From the IMG/VR virus record IMGVR_UViG_3300011728_000017: a stretch of 64,000 bases of DNA; one strand, 5' to 3'. Below the pieces are notes generated by a model, which saw nothing but the letters and a program-made list of their open reading frames with translations, searched no databases and was not told the DNA's origin. Source of the stretch: a virus. Taxonomy: Duplodnaviria; Heunggongvirae; Uroviricota; Caudoviricetes; Straboviridae. How positions within the stretch are numbered: position 1 is the first letter of the stretch; the number at the start of each line of letters is the position of its first letter. Positions 45,735 to 55,315 of the stretch are shown in pieces. Made by a program: the position numbers and the translations under genes.

Positions 45735-46595
45735 TTACACCGCCATTTTCGCCGTTAACTTACCATGATGATTATAATCTTTTAGTTTAATCGAATCAAA
45801 GAAACTTTGATCCAAATCAAGTAAGCTATTTACCTTCGGCATTTCGAGAGTTGGAAGCGGTAGCGGGGCGCGTTCAGGTTTCAGCAATTCTTTTGCCTGT
45901 TCAAGTGCATTGTTATAGATATGCACATCGCCACCCGTCCAAACCAGATCACCGACTTCAAGATCGCAAATTGAAGCAATGATGTGCGTCAACAGAGCGT
46001 ATGAAGCGATATTAAACGGTAAACCCAGGAACACATCAACGCTTCGTTGATACCACTGGAGAGACAGTTTCCCGTCGATTACAACGAACTGGAAGAAACA
46101 GTGACACGGACGCAAGGCCATTCGATCCAGGTCAACAGGGTTCCATGCGGAAACGATAATACCGCGATCATCTGGAGTCTGTTTCAGTTGGTCAATGACT
46201 CTTTGGATCTGGTCTACGCCTCCAACATCACTATAGAAACTAGAACCAAACGAGCGCCATTGATGCCCGTAAACTGGCCCCAGATAACCGCTATTGTAAC
46301 CCAGTGCCTTAGCCTGATTCTCGTAGTTATCATCCCAGATAGTGCGCTTATCGCTATCATTGCCCCATGTCATTTCGCGCAGTTTTTCGACGTTAGTTGA
46401 ACCCGACAGGAACCATTGCAACTCATGCTTACATGGTTTGAAAAATAGCTGTTTGCTGGTTGTTGCCGGGAAACCTTCTTGCAGGTTCCATCGGGCTTGC
46501 ATACCGAATGCGCGTAAAGTACCTACACCAGTACGATCCGTTGATGGTTTGCCATAACATAATACATTTTCAATAATTTCTAAATACTGCTTCAT
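45735..46595 (-). CDS. td: Thymidylate synthase
   Basis: MKQYLEIIENV start; active-site region LPPCH-like (ALRPCHCFFQF); contiguous, no intron. Confidence 0.88.
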   Translation of the reverse strand: MKQYLEIIENVLCYGKPSTDRTGVGTLRAFGMQARWNLQEGFPATTSKQLFFKPCKHELQWFLSGSTNVEKLREMTWGNDSDKRTIWDDNYENQAKALGYNSGYLGPVYGHQWRSFGSSFYSDVGGVDQIQRVIDQLKQTPDDRGIIVSAWNPVDLDRMALRPCHCFFQFVVIDGKLSLQWYQRSVDVFLGLPFNIASYALLTHIIASICDLEVGDLVWTGGDVHIYNNALEQAKELLKPERAPLPLPTLEMPKVNSLLDLDQSFFDSIKLKDYNHHGKLTAKMAV

Positions 46596-47164
46596 TTCTT
46601 TTTCCAACGTTCTACGTAATATTCTGACACTGTTTCATTTTCCACCTTAATACGATTATCTTTCATACTGGTACATTCATAAACATCCGAATCTATTTCA
46701 AGCATTCTGAATTCAATCTTTATATCCGATTCAAATTCACGACCGAATTTAGGAAAGATAAACGACATAACCAGTTCGTCAGCAATATTATACTTAATTG
46801 CTTCCTCAATCAAACTTTTCCCGCCGATAATTGAAATATCCTGATCGGGGTAAGAGTTTCGTACAGCATCCAGTGTAGTCGCCAGATTTCCACCGGAAAG
46901 CACCATATCAGCCGTTTTCCCGTCTTTCGTGCGAATATGTTCACCTTTGGAAGACAACACGACGTGAGGCCGTCCAGGAAGTTTACCGGGCAATGAAAGG
47001 AAAGTTGCGGATCCCATCACCAGAACTGTATCTTTTGTTTCTGCTTTGAAGTGTTTCAGTTCTTCTGGAACATTCCAGGGTAACGAGCCTTTATTGCCGA
47101 AATGGTAATCATCGGAACAATACTTAGGAATACCAATTGCAAAAACTAATTTAACTTTAGACAT
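46592..47164 (-). CDS. frd: Dihydrofolate reductase
   Basis: KLVFAIG...GSLPW...F...T start with GG motifs, 190 aa; coupled to td as in the T4 frd-td operon. Confidence 0.8.
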   Translation of the reverse strand: MSKVKLVFAIGIPKYCSDDYHFGNKGSLPWNVPEELKHFKAETKDTVLVMGSATFLSLPGKLPGRPHVVLSSKGEHIRTKDGKTADMVLSGGNLATTLDAVRNSYPDQDISIIGGKSLIEEAIKYNIADELVMSFIFPKFGREFESDIKIEFRMLEIDSDVYECTSMKDNRIKVENETVSEYYVERWKKK

Positions 47165-47397
47165 TATACACCGTATAAAAAATTTTCAATATTAGGGATT
47201 TCGTTTTCTACACAAACGAATGCGCGGGATTCGATAATAACACCATCTTTCCAAATATCAACTTCAATTAGATCGCTGATATTATCACTGGGGAATTCTT
47301 TAATGAACTGACTGCATGTTGCTAATGCTAAATTGGTTTCGTGTAACCCAACCACAATTAACGTATCGTATCCATTCGAAATTTGAATTGTTTTCAT
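47164..47397 (-). CDS. Hypothetical small protein
   Basis: 77 aa, coupled to frd. Confidence 0.4.
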   Translation of the reverse strand: MKTIQISNGYDTLIVVGLHETNLALATCSQFIKEFPSDNISDLIEVDIWKDGVIIESRAFVCVENEIPNIENFLYGV

Positions 47398-47404
47398 ATT
47401 TTAC

Positions 47405-47440
47405 TCAATAAAAAAGGACTGCCCTAAGACAGTCCTATTA
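47405..47440 (-). terminator. Hairpin aggactgtcttagggcagtcct plus T-run (read on the - strand)
   Basis: Sits between the J-domain gene and the downstream ORF. Confidence 0.45.
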
Positions 47441-47452
47441 TTACATTTTAAA

Positions 47453-49168
47453 TTAGTAAGTCAACTTCCAGAGCTTAATTGCTTCGTCTACACCTTCTTT
47501 AATTTCGTTCGGTGTTTTGCCCCGGCCTGCTTTAACCAACATCCCCAGCATTTTACGGATCGTGTTGTTCATTGCTGCTGCTTCACGATCCATTTCCGCC
47601 TGGTGAGCTTTATCAACGGCTGGTTCTTCTTTCTTCGCCGTAGTCGGTTTGGTAGGTTGTGCGCCTAATTCATCCTTACGGGCTTCTGGGGTTTTCTTCT
47701 GTTCCGCTTGTTTCTTGACGTGCGGTGCTGAATACTTCCCGGCTTTATAGTTGGCTTCCATTTGTTTCAACGTCTGACCGAAGATGTACCAGTCAGCAAT
47801 ACCGCGCAGTGCTTTAAGGGTATCAGCCATCAACGCAATGGTAGATCCGTCTGTCTTCTCGTCTACTTCAAATTTTAACCATTCGTTATGACGAATCCCG
47901 TCATGCTTGAATTCATAACTGCTGAATGTCCATACACCTTTACGGTTCACAACGTTACGCTGCATGTGGAGGGTAATTCCAGCACCGTTATCAAAGTGCC
48001 AGTAACGATCTGAACCACTCGCGCCCACTGCTTTCAGTGCGGAGAAATAATCTTCTTTACCGATACGGTTTACAGTGCGCTTTGGTTTCTCTTCCGGTTT
48101 CGGTGCTGCTTCATGAGCCGCCATACGTTTCACGAAAGAGGCGCTACGGTGTCCAGCGCTAAACTCTGCATACATCTTTTCAACCACGTTAACGATGGTC
48201 TGCGCGTCGTTTGGTTGCGCTTTTTGCAGTTCCTTGAAGGTGTCGATAATCATATCCAGACATGCACCTTCTTCATCTTCCAGCATCCATCCTTTCAGAC
48301 GTGCAACCGGGCGATATTTGTTCACCGCTGGTTCGATGATGTAGTTGAACACGTAAGATCCTTGACGCATCATAACCTGACGACCGAAATGCACCGTAAA
48401 TTTACCAACCGGAATAGAGATATTATCATCGCCGTTGCGGGTTGCGTTCAGGTGCTTGATAAACGCCAGCATATAATCCGCGCGTTTGTATTTCTGGTTT
48501 TTCTGTTCAGGACTGAAAATCTTTTTCAGTTTGATAGCCGGGAACAGGCTTTCAGGGGTGATCTTATCCGGGTTTTTACCCCACTGATATTCCCGACGTG
48601 CCATTTTGTGTTTTTTGGTTCCGACCAGAACATCAGTATCAACTGATACGTTACCCAGCGCAGATGCATCAGGAGACACTAAACCGCCGTTGCTTGATGG
48701 AGGCTGGCAGATAAAGTTAAAGTCAAACATCGCATCACCAGAACGGAATTTAAAGATCGCCTGTACGGTATGAGCGCCTTTAACCAGGTTATAAGTGAAA
48801 GTGGTTGGCTGGCCTGTGTGACTGGTGAAGTATTCCGCGAATTCCTGAGCGTTAAACTTAGTGCTGAAATAGTTCTTAGCGGTCACATGATACGCTTCTA
48901 ACTTTTCTTCCCATTCTTTTTTCTGCTGTGCATAACGTGCGCGAATATCACCTTGAGTTTCAGATCTGGCACCAGATGGGCCAGTTTTGGTCACTACGTC
49001 ATAAGCCTGGTTGATCTTCTGCATTAATTCAGTGCTACCACCGCGATCCGGGTGATTACGCAGAGAAGCGCGTTTAAAGAGTTTAGACATTTCAGCACTG
49101 GTTTCATTACCAGTTGCGCCTAAAACCTTCAACGCTTCCTGATATGTCATTTTGGATTCTGTAATCAT
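47453..49168 (-). CDS. J-domain (DnaJ-like) protein with a large C-terminal region of unknown function
   Basis: N-terminal J-domain: YQEALKVLG...LFKRASLRNHPDRGGS...MQKINQAYDVV (HPD motif); 571 aa. Confidence 0.7.
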   Translation of the reverse strand: MITESKMTYQEALKVLGATGNETSAEMSKLFKRASLRNHPDRGGSTELMQKINQAYDVVTKTGPSGARSETQGDIRARYAQQKKEWEEKLEAYHVTAKNYFSTKFNAQEFAEYFTSHTGQPTTFTYNLVKGAHTVQAIFKFRSGDAMFDFNFICQPPSSNGGLVSPDASALGNVSVDTDVLVGTKKHKMARREYQWGKNPDKITPESLFPAIKLKKIFSPEQKNQKYKRADYMLAFIKHLNATRNGDDNISIPVGKFTVHFGRQVMMRQGSYVFNYIIEPAVNKYRPVARLKGWMLEDEEGACLDMIIDTFKELQKAQPNDAQTIVNVVEKMYAEFSAGHRSASFVKRMAAHEAAPKPEEKPKRTVNRIGKEDYFSALKAVGASGSDRYWHFDNGAGITLHMQRNVVNRKGVWTFSSYEFKHDGIRHNEWLKFEVDEKTDGSTIALMADTLKALRGIADWYIFGQTLKQMEANYKAGKYSAPHVKKQAEQKKTPEARKDELGAQPTKPTTAKKEEPAVDKAHQAEMDREAAAMNNTIRKMLGMLVKAGRGKTPNEIKEGVDEAIKLWKLTY

Positions 49169-49238
49169 TTCCGTTCCTCAAATAAGAAAACCCACAACTC
49201 ATGTTATGGGTGTAATTTATCTTATTTAGCATTTGGAG

Positions 49239-49430
49239 TCAATAGATTTTTTCCAAAAACCAGTTAACGCTTTTGTTATTTTTGATCCTAATCAATTCAA
49301 CTGGATCATCTTTAAAGGCTTCTTCTATATCCTTCATCGTAACTATATGTTTTTGCTCATTATAATTACAATGAAGGTAAAAGCGTTCTATTTCCGGGGT
49401 TGTTTCAAGTTCAAACTGTCGTTCTAGCAT
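49239..49430 (-). CDS. Hypothetical small protein
   Basis: 63 aa, coupled to gp46. Confidence 0.4.
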   Translation of the reverse strand: MLERQFELETTPEIERFYLHCNYNEQKHIVTMKDIEEAFKDDPVELIRIKNNKSVNWFLEKIY

Positions 49431-51117
49431 TTTCTGTAATCGTACATTTTGTGAACCGTCCGACTTTCTGCATGATAATATGGCGGTCGAAATCTTGCGG
49501 ATCCAAGTCCTGGTGACTGATCACAATAAGATTCCCGTCAACACCATCAAGAAGAGTTTTAATTGCGTAGCTACCGTCTTTATCGAGTGGCCCATCAAAA
49601 ACTTCATCCAGTACCAGCAACGATAAATCAACTCCCGATACTTTACTTGTCACATCGCGCCACGTAAAGAGAATCGAAAGATTAATCCTTGCACGTTCTC
49701 CCTGACTAAAAGAAGTATATGTGAAATCATCCCGGCCTAACGATTTGATAGTTTCGTTAAATTCATCATCAAGCGTAAACTGATAATCCGCGCCTAACAG
49801 ATCAAGGTAATATGCGATCTGCTTGTTGAAGTAAGGAATATACCGTTTTACGATACTGGCCTTAACCCCGGAATCTTTCAACATATCCGAAACAATACCA
49901 CGATAATATTTTTCTTTAATATATCCGGCACGGTTTCCATCTAATTCATTTTCTTTTTGTTGCAGTTCAAGCACAGGACTTTCATCAATAACAACTTCCT
50001 GCTTTGCTGCTTCCATGATCGACTGAACACGTTTAGCATTATTAACTTCGTTTTGCAGGGTAGATTTCAGACCTTCATATTTTGATTTTAACCCGCGTAG
50101 CTTTTGCTGTTGCTGGATAATATCATTCATGATGTTCTGTAGTTCATCCTGTTTGGTTTTAATCAGGGTTAATCGTTGAGTACCATTTTTAATGTTCTCT
50201 GCGATTTCCTGCATACGCTCAGGAGTGGGGCTAATTGCTTGTTTACAGGCCGGACACTCACCACCGCGCTGATACATCACCTCAAGCTTTTTAAGCTGTT
50301 CCACGGTCATAGAAAGCCTGCTGAACCCATCACGTAGCTTGTTCAGGTTTTCGGTCTGGTCTTCGCCTGAAATGACGATTTCCGTGATCTCTCCCTGCAA
50401 CTGGGTTAGCTGTTCCTTGATCGTTTTAGCCGTCGCAACGTGGCTATCATAGATATCCTGGTATTGCTGAACGTTCTGGTTCGCTTTGGCTTTCTGTTCT
50501 GCGATGAATTTTTGATGTGTCTGGATCTGCTGCTGAACGTGACTGACCTGCATCGAAAGCGTATCAAGTTGCTGATTCACTCCACGCAGATAAGATTTAT
50601 TCAGTTTATCCATACTACTGATCACGGATAACGAAAGCAAATCCTCAACCAGTTTCCGGCGTTCAGGGGTTTTCAGTTCCATGAACGGAACATAACCAGC
50701 CGTACCCAAAACGATAACCTGTTTAAAGCCAACCAGGTTAAGATTCAGCATGTTTTCAAGTTGAGTCTGATAATCCCCGGCGCTTGCATCTTCTGCTAAT
50801 TTCTCGCCGTTCTTCCAGATCTCGAAAACTTTCGGTTTCTGTCCACGGACGATTTTGATTTCGTCTTTCCCGTATTCAAGAACCAGTTCCACAAGGCATT
50901 TCTTTTTGTTGGTGCTGTTTACCAGTTGACCAACTTTTAAATCACGGAATGACTTACCAAATAGGGCATAGGTCAGGGCTTCGATCATAGTGGATTTTCC
51001 TCCACCATTACGACCAGTGATTAATGTTTTCTTCGCCGTATCAAATTCAATTTCAATAGGTACATTACCCACTGAAAGAATATTTTGATACGTCAATTTC
51101 TTAAAATTTAGTTTCAT
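49411..51117 (-). CDS. 46: Recombination endonuclease subunit gp46 (SbcC/Rad50-like ATPase)
   Basis: Walker A GRNGGGKST; long coiled coil with CxxC zinc hook (CPACKQ); C-terminal signature and D-loop; 568 aa (T4 560). Confidence 0.88.
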   Translation of the reverse strand: MKLNFKKLTYQNILSVGNVPIEIEFDTAKKTLITGRNGGGKSTMIEALTYALFGKSFRDLKVGQLVNSTNKKKCLVELVLEYGKDEIKIVRGQKPKVFEIWKNGEKLAEDASAGDYQTQLENMLNLNLVGFKQVIVLGTAGYVPFMELKTPERRKLVEDLLSLSVISSMDKLNKSYLRGVNQQLDTLSMQVSHVQQQIQTHQKFIAEQKAKANQNVQQYQDIYDSHVATAKTIKEQLTQLQGEITEIVISGEDQTENLNKLRDGFSRLSMTVEQLKKLEVMYQRGGECPACKQAISPTPERMQEIAENIKNGTQRLTLIKTKQDELQNIMNDIIQQQQKLRGLKSKYEGLKSTLQNEVNNAKRVQSIMEAAKQEVVIDESPVLELQQKENELDGNRAGYIKEKYYRGIVSDMLKDSGVKASIVKRYIPYFNKQIAYYLDLLGADYQFTLDDEFNETIKSLGRDDFTYTSFSQGERARINLSILFTWRDVTSKVSGVDLSLLVLDEVFDGPLDKDGSYAIKTLLDGVDGNLIVISHQDLDPQDFDRHIIMQKVGRFTKCTITENARTTV

Positions 51118-51397
51118 TTAAAATCCGTTCACAAATTTTGGTAATCAAGTCCATGATCTGTAAATCAACCATCGCCCGGATCGTATCATCATCCATATAT
51201 TCCATCATAGCGAAAGACCATGTATGTGATGAATGCCAGTTATTTTTCGTTAAGGTAATACATACAGATTCAGGATTTGATTTTGCTTCGGGGAAAGAGT
51301 TCCCCGAAAACGCAATAATATATTCAAATCCCAGAATCTTTAATAAGGTAGCATAACGAAAATTTTCACCGAATAACTCAGTATAAATTTTACGCAT
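51101..51397 (-). CDS. Hypothetical protein between gp47 and gp46
   Basis: 98 aa, overlaps both neighbours by a few nt. Confidence 0.45.
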   Translation of the reverse strand: MRKIYTELFGENFRYATLLKILGFEYIIAFSGNSFPEAKSNPESVCITLTKNNWHSSHTWSFAMMEYMDDDTIRAMVDLQIMDLITKICERILNETKF

Positions 51398-52421
51398 TTA
51401 CCGCCTCTGTATGAAGTGACTGGATAAGTTTTTTGATCTCTGCTTTATCTTCGTCACTATGGTTCATGTTATCGACATATTTTATCATCAATGAATAAGA
51501 TGATTCAATTTCAAAATCCGTATCAATATCCGATTCAGATTTAAGATTGTCGATAACACTCAGTTCATGGACGACTTTTTCAAGTTCAGTCTGGAACTTC
51601 GGAAGATCGTTATCAATGGAGTTAATGATCAACCTGACTGACGTATTTTTATACTGTGAGAGATCTACATCTTTTTGAGCCGGATAAACGATTCGACGAT
51701 GGCTAATATCCGGGTTAGCAATAAACGTTAACTCTGATTTAGCATTGAACTGATAAAAACCCCTGGTTTCCTCTTCATCGTTTGCACTCATTGTCAGAGG
51801 CGTACCGATGTAGAATACGTTATCACCTTCGTTAGCATGGTGATAATGACCGGAAAATACACGCTGATATTTTTTGAGGAAATCAGGTTCCAGACCATGA
51901 TCCGATTTACTGTTTTTGTAGAAATAATACCCGGACAGTTCGAAGTGACCTAAACAGAATTCAGATTTACTGCTTTTGATATAATCAAAGACTCTTTGCG
52001 CGTTCTCTTCACAAATCCACGGAATCAGGTCAATCCATCGTTGATTATCGTTTTCATCCCAGATTTCCACGGTTTCCGGTTCATCAACGACACGAAACCA
52101 TTCGTACTGTGAGAGGAGTTCACGCGGGGCATTAGGCCGGATCTTGTTTTTAAACTGCGTATCGTGATTGCCGACCAGAACATACATGGTTATCCTTGCT
52201 TCTGCAAGCAACGGAACCAGTTTTTCACGAACGAAATTCATCGTGGTCTGCGTGGTAGCTTTTCGAACGTCGAAAAAATCACCTGACTGAAAAACAGTAT
52301 CAATCTTGTTGGCCTTACAATATTCAACCATCTGTTTGAAGACGCGATAAAGATTGTCTTCGTTCCACTGATTGTCATTGCGCAACCCGGCGTGTAAATC
52401 GCCAACTAAAACGTAACTCAT
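51390..52421 (-). CDS. 47: Recombination endonuclease subunit gp47 (SbcD/Mre11-like phosphoesterase)
   Basis: Calcineurin-like motifs (LVGDLHAG, GDFFD, GNHD, GHYH); 343 aa (T4 339). Confidence 0.88.
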   Translation of the reverse strand: MSYVLVGDLHAGLRNDNQWNEDNLYRVFKQMVEYCKANKIDTVFQSGDFFDVRKATTQTTMNFVREKLVPLLAEARITMYVLVGNHDTQFKNKIRPNAPRELLSQYEWFRVVDEPETVEIWDENDNQRWIDLIPWICEENAQRVFDYIKSSKSEFCLGHFELSGYYFYKNSKSDHGLEPDFLKKYQRVFSGHYHHANEGDNVFYIGTPLTMSANDEEETRGFYQFNAKSELTFIANPDISHRRIVYPAQKDVDLSQYKNTSVRLIINSIDNDLPKFQTELEKVVHELSVIDNLKSESDIDTDFEIESSYSLMIKYVDNMNHSDEDKAEIKKLIQSLHTEAVNA

Positions 52422-52423
52422 AA

Positions 52424-52450
52424 TATCCCTTTAAAGCCCCGGAAGAGGGG
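52424..52450 (-). terminator. Hairpin aagcccctcttccggggcttt
   Basis: Inverted repeat between the upstream ORF and gp47. Confidence 0.4.
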
Positions 52451-52451
52451 C

Positions 52452-52802
52452 TTATTTCTGCTGATGTCGTGCGGTGGCCTGTGCGTAAACTTCACGCAAT
52501 GCGTTTACAGATGATTTCCACATTTCATCAATCAGTTCTTCGGTATATGGCTGTTTGAGGATATCGCGCATTTTCTTGATCGCATAACAGTATTGCTCTT
52601 TGTTATTATCAAATAACGCTTCCTGTGCATGATTATGAAGTCGTTTCCATTCGCGACGATTCTTTTTCAGGAATTTTTCTGCTTGTCGCATTGCCTGGTT
52701 GTAGACTGGGGTATTGGAAAGTTCTTCGATCTGTTCATTCCGGTCAGAAACCACCATCTTTTGATGTTCTTCATTTTTCAGTTTTTCAATTTCATCGTGC
52801 AT
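52452..52802 (-). CDS. Hypothetical protein
   Basis: 116 aa. Confidence 0.45.
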   Translation of the reverse strand: MHDEIEKLKNEEHQKMVVSDRNEQIEELSNTPVYNQAMRQAEKFLKKNRREWKRLHNHAQEALFDNNKEQYCYAIKKMRDILKQPYTEELIDEMWKSSVNALREVYAQATARHQQK

Positions 52803-53013
52803 TGTATGTAATCTCCATGATCATACTGTCAACATTAATCTGGTATTCTGCTGTTCCATCTTCCAGAACAATATCAGGATCCCGAATATTCAGAGGATCG
52901 ATTATTACCGGAAGACCTAGCTCTTTCATTTTTAATTTTACGAAGTAAGGGAGTAATTCAATTTCTTCGTCTGCTTCTTTATACAGGGTTGACAGATCAA
53001 TTTCAAGTTTCAT
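52792..53013 (-). CDS. Hypothetical small protein
   Basis: 73 aa. Confidence 0.4.
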   Translation of the reverse strand: MKLEIDLSTLYKEADEEIELLPYFVKLKMKELGLPVIIDPLNIRDPDIVLEDGTAEYQINVDSMIMEITYNAR

Positions 53014-53540
53014 AAGAACATTTCCAAAGTTGGGTAAGCAATCTCTTCTGGTTTCTCTTTTACCTTAAAGGCGGTTGCTTCATACTGGTTTAATTTATCG
53101 TGGATGTCCTGAATAAATGTTTGATCTGCAATAAGGTTTAAATCTTCATCTTCACTATCATACAAATGTTCAAGAAAGTATTTGTGTTTCTTAGCGTTTT
53201 CTTTCTTTTCGTACAGGATACGGGTTACGTATGCCCTCCAACACGCCTGGTTGATGTAGCCGTACACGTTGGTGTATTTGGTTTCATCGAAGTTGTGTAA
53301 CCCGGCGATAGTAGCGCAAATTCCATCGTCAATCATATCGAGCTTCCAGTCTTCGGAATAACGATTGAAGTTGTAACGACGGGCTAACCCGTGGGCAATA
53401 TTCATGATCGCGATACCTAATTCATCAGGCATTTTTCGATCATCGGTTTCACGAATCTGTTTCTTCCATTCACAAAGGATAGGATACAGTTTTTCATTAT
53501 CTGCATAAATGTTAGTAGACATTGTTATTATAATCTCCAA
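53010..53540 (-). CDS. 55: Late-transcription sigma factor gp55
   Basis: 176 aa (T4 gp55 185); recalled similarity; RBS ggag. Confidence 0.7.
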   Translation of the reverse strand: MEIIITMSTNIYADNEKLYPILCEWKKQIRETDDRKMPDELGIAIMNIAHGLARRYNFNRYSEDWKLDMIDDGICATIAGLHNFDETKYTNVYGYINQACWRAYVTRILYEKKENAKKHKYFLEHLYDSEDEDLNLIADQTFIQDIHDKLNQYEATAFKVKEKPEEIAYPTLEMFL

Positions 53541-53851
53541 GTTGATAAAACCATTATATAGAATCTAAAACATGAATTCAAATTAACATCCAATATTATT
53601 TAAAAGATTATTCTTAATGAAAACAACGCGAAGCGTTTCCGTGAGCGAAGCGAAACGGATAGTTTAAATATCTTTATTTGATTAAATTTTAATCCAAAAT
53701 GTCCACTTTTCTCTATATATAGATATATATTAATAAAAATAGACATCCCTAATCCTGTTCACTCACTTCGTTCGTGAATTTCGCTTCGCTCAAAGATTTG
53801 ACTTTCATTTTTCTATCAATATAATCGATTCAAAATTAACGAGGATAAACT

Positions 53852-54790
53852 ATGAGTTCAATGACCAGTCTATTTTCTAACCTGAATTCACTGATGCAGG
53901 ATGAAGATAGCGTTGATGATGTGATGGTAGTAGACATTTCAAACCTTTCTATTGCTACTATTATGAACAATTTCACCCCGAAAACTCAGAATGAGATTAA
54001 TATTTCGACGATTCGCCATATCGTTCTTGATACGATCCGTCATAACGTTCAAAAGTTTAAAGGTGAATACCCTGATGTTGTTTTAGCTTTCGATGATAAT
54101 AAGTATTGGCGACGTGATCGGGCGTGGTATTACAAGAAAAAACGTAAAATCGAACACGAAACGAGCGATTGGGATTGGGATCGCTTGAATAGTTTCCTTC
54201 ACCCTGTGTATGATGAACTCCGCCAAATCCTTCCGTATCGCTCTCTCCGTGTTGATTACGCAGAGGCAGATGATATCATTGGTGTTGTGACGAAAACTGC
54301 TGTAGCCGCCGGAAAACGTGTTCTAATCGTGGCTGCTGATGGTGACTTTATCCAGCTACAGAAATACAGTGGCGTGGTTCAGTGGTCGCCTACCCAGAAG
54401 AAGTACGTTAAACCGAAATTCGGTTCCCCGCGTAACGATCTGCGTATGAAAATCATCAAGGGTGATGCAAAAGACAGTATCGCCTGTATTAAAATGCGTA
54501 ACGATTATATTGTGACTAAAGTTGCTGGCGAACGTGCGCCACAAATTCGGGCCAATGAATTAGAAAAATGGCTTGAACTTGACGACCCCACTACAGATAT
54601 GAATAATGAATGGGCGTTACGATATAAAGAAAATGAAATTATGCGTGACCTTGATTTTATTCCGCAAGACATTGCAAATAATATTAACGATGCGTATAAT
54701 GCACCGAAACAAGGCAATAAAGCCAAAATGGAAAAATATTTCATGGAAATGAAATTGATCCGTATGTTTGATAAAATGAGTGATTTTTAA
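53852..54790 (+). CDS. rnh: RNase H (FEN-1 family 5'-3' exonuclease)
   Basis: Motifs YWRRD..YKKKR, EADDIIGV, DGDFIQL, KGD.KD match T4 RNase H; 312 aa (T4 305). Confidence 0.88.
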   Translation: MSSMTSLFSNLNSLMQDEDSVDDVMVVDISNLSIATIMNNFTPKTQNEINISTIRHIVLDTIRHNVQKFKGEYPDVVLAFDDNKYWRRDRAWYYKKKRKIEHETSDWDWDRLNSFLHPVYDELRQILPYRSLRVDYAEADDIIGVVTKTAVAAGKRVLIVAADGDFIQLQKYSGVVQWSPTQKKYVKPKFGSPRNDLRMKIIKGDAKDSIACIKMRNDYIVTKVAGERAPQIRANELEKWLELDDPTTDMNNEWALRYKENEIMRDLDFIPQDIANNINDAYNAPKQGNKAKMEKYFMEMKLIRMFDKMSDF

Positions 54791-54799
54791 AGGTAAAAT

Positions 54800-55067
54800 T
54801 ATGAGCAAAGAATTTTTAGAATTAAACCCTGACGTTGCTAAACAAGTTATGGATCTGATCAAAGATACCAGCAATATTACTACCATGCTGGAAGGTGAGA
54901 AGGCCAAAATTAAAGACAATAAAACCCGCGCCAAAACTGAATTTGGTATCGACGGTAAAACCTTCGGTAAACTGTTTAAGCTGTACCACAACCAGGCGCG
55001 TGAACAGTACGAAGAAGAGAATACAGAACTTCTCGAAATGTACGACGTGATCGTTAAGGCTAAATGA
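54800..55067 (+). CDS. dsbA: dsDNA-binding late-transcription enhancer, DsbA-like
   Basis: Position after rnh as in T4; FGIDGKTFGKLFKLYHN...ELLEMYD recalled as similar to the T4 DsbA C-terminus. Confidence 0.5.
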
Positions 55068-55315
55068 TGTCTATTGGTAATAAGACCGAAGTAGGGCTGT
55101 ATATCGAGAATCTTGCAGTCTCTGAAAATATTACCTATATGGAAGCAACAATTCAGTGGATGGATGAAAATAATATCGAATACACGATGTTGAATAAAGT
55201 AATCCCCCGTGCTATCATCGACAAAATAAGTAATGAAGCTATCGACGGTAATATGTTGCGTCCTTCTGTTGCACTTAACCATAAGTCAACCCAAACCCTG
55301 GACGATTTCATGTGA
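55064..55315 (+). CDS. 33: Late-promoter transcription accessory protein, gp33-like
   Basis: IDKISNEAIDGNMLRPSV resembles the T4 gp33 C-terminal region; syntenic position rnh-dsbA-33-59-32. Confidence 0.5.
   Translation: MMSIGNKTEVGLYIENLAVSENITYMEATIQWMDENNIEYTMLNKVIPRAIIDKISNEAIDGNMLRPSVALNHKSTQTLDDFM

Noticed and set aside
42232-46607. Group I introns or homing endonucleases in nrdB, nrdA and td (present in T4)
   Set aside because: All three genes are single uninterrupted ORFs of the expected length. No intron-sized insertion and no free-standing HNH or LAGLIDADG ORF is seen. The only GIY-YIG protein is in the denA position, so it is assigned as EndoII-like rather than a homing endonuclease, and that assignment carries its own uncertainty.
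54617-55282. 221-aa antisense ORF spanning the rnh end, dsbA and gp33
   Set aside because: It lies antisense to three conserved + strand genes whose products match T4 proteins, with hydrophobic low-complexity content. It is a spurious ORF.
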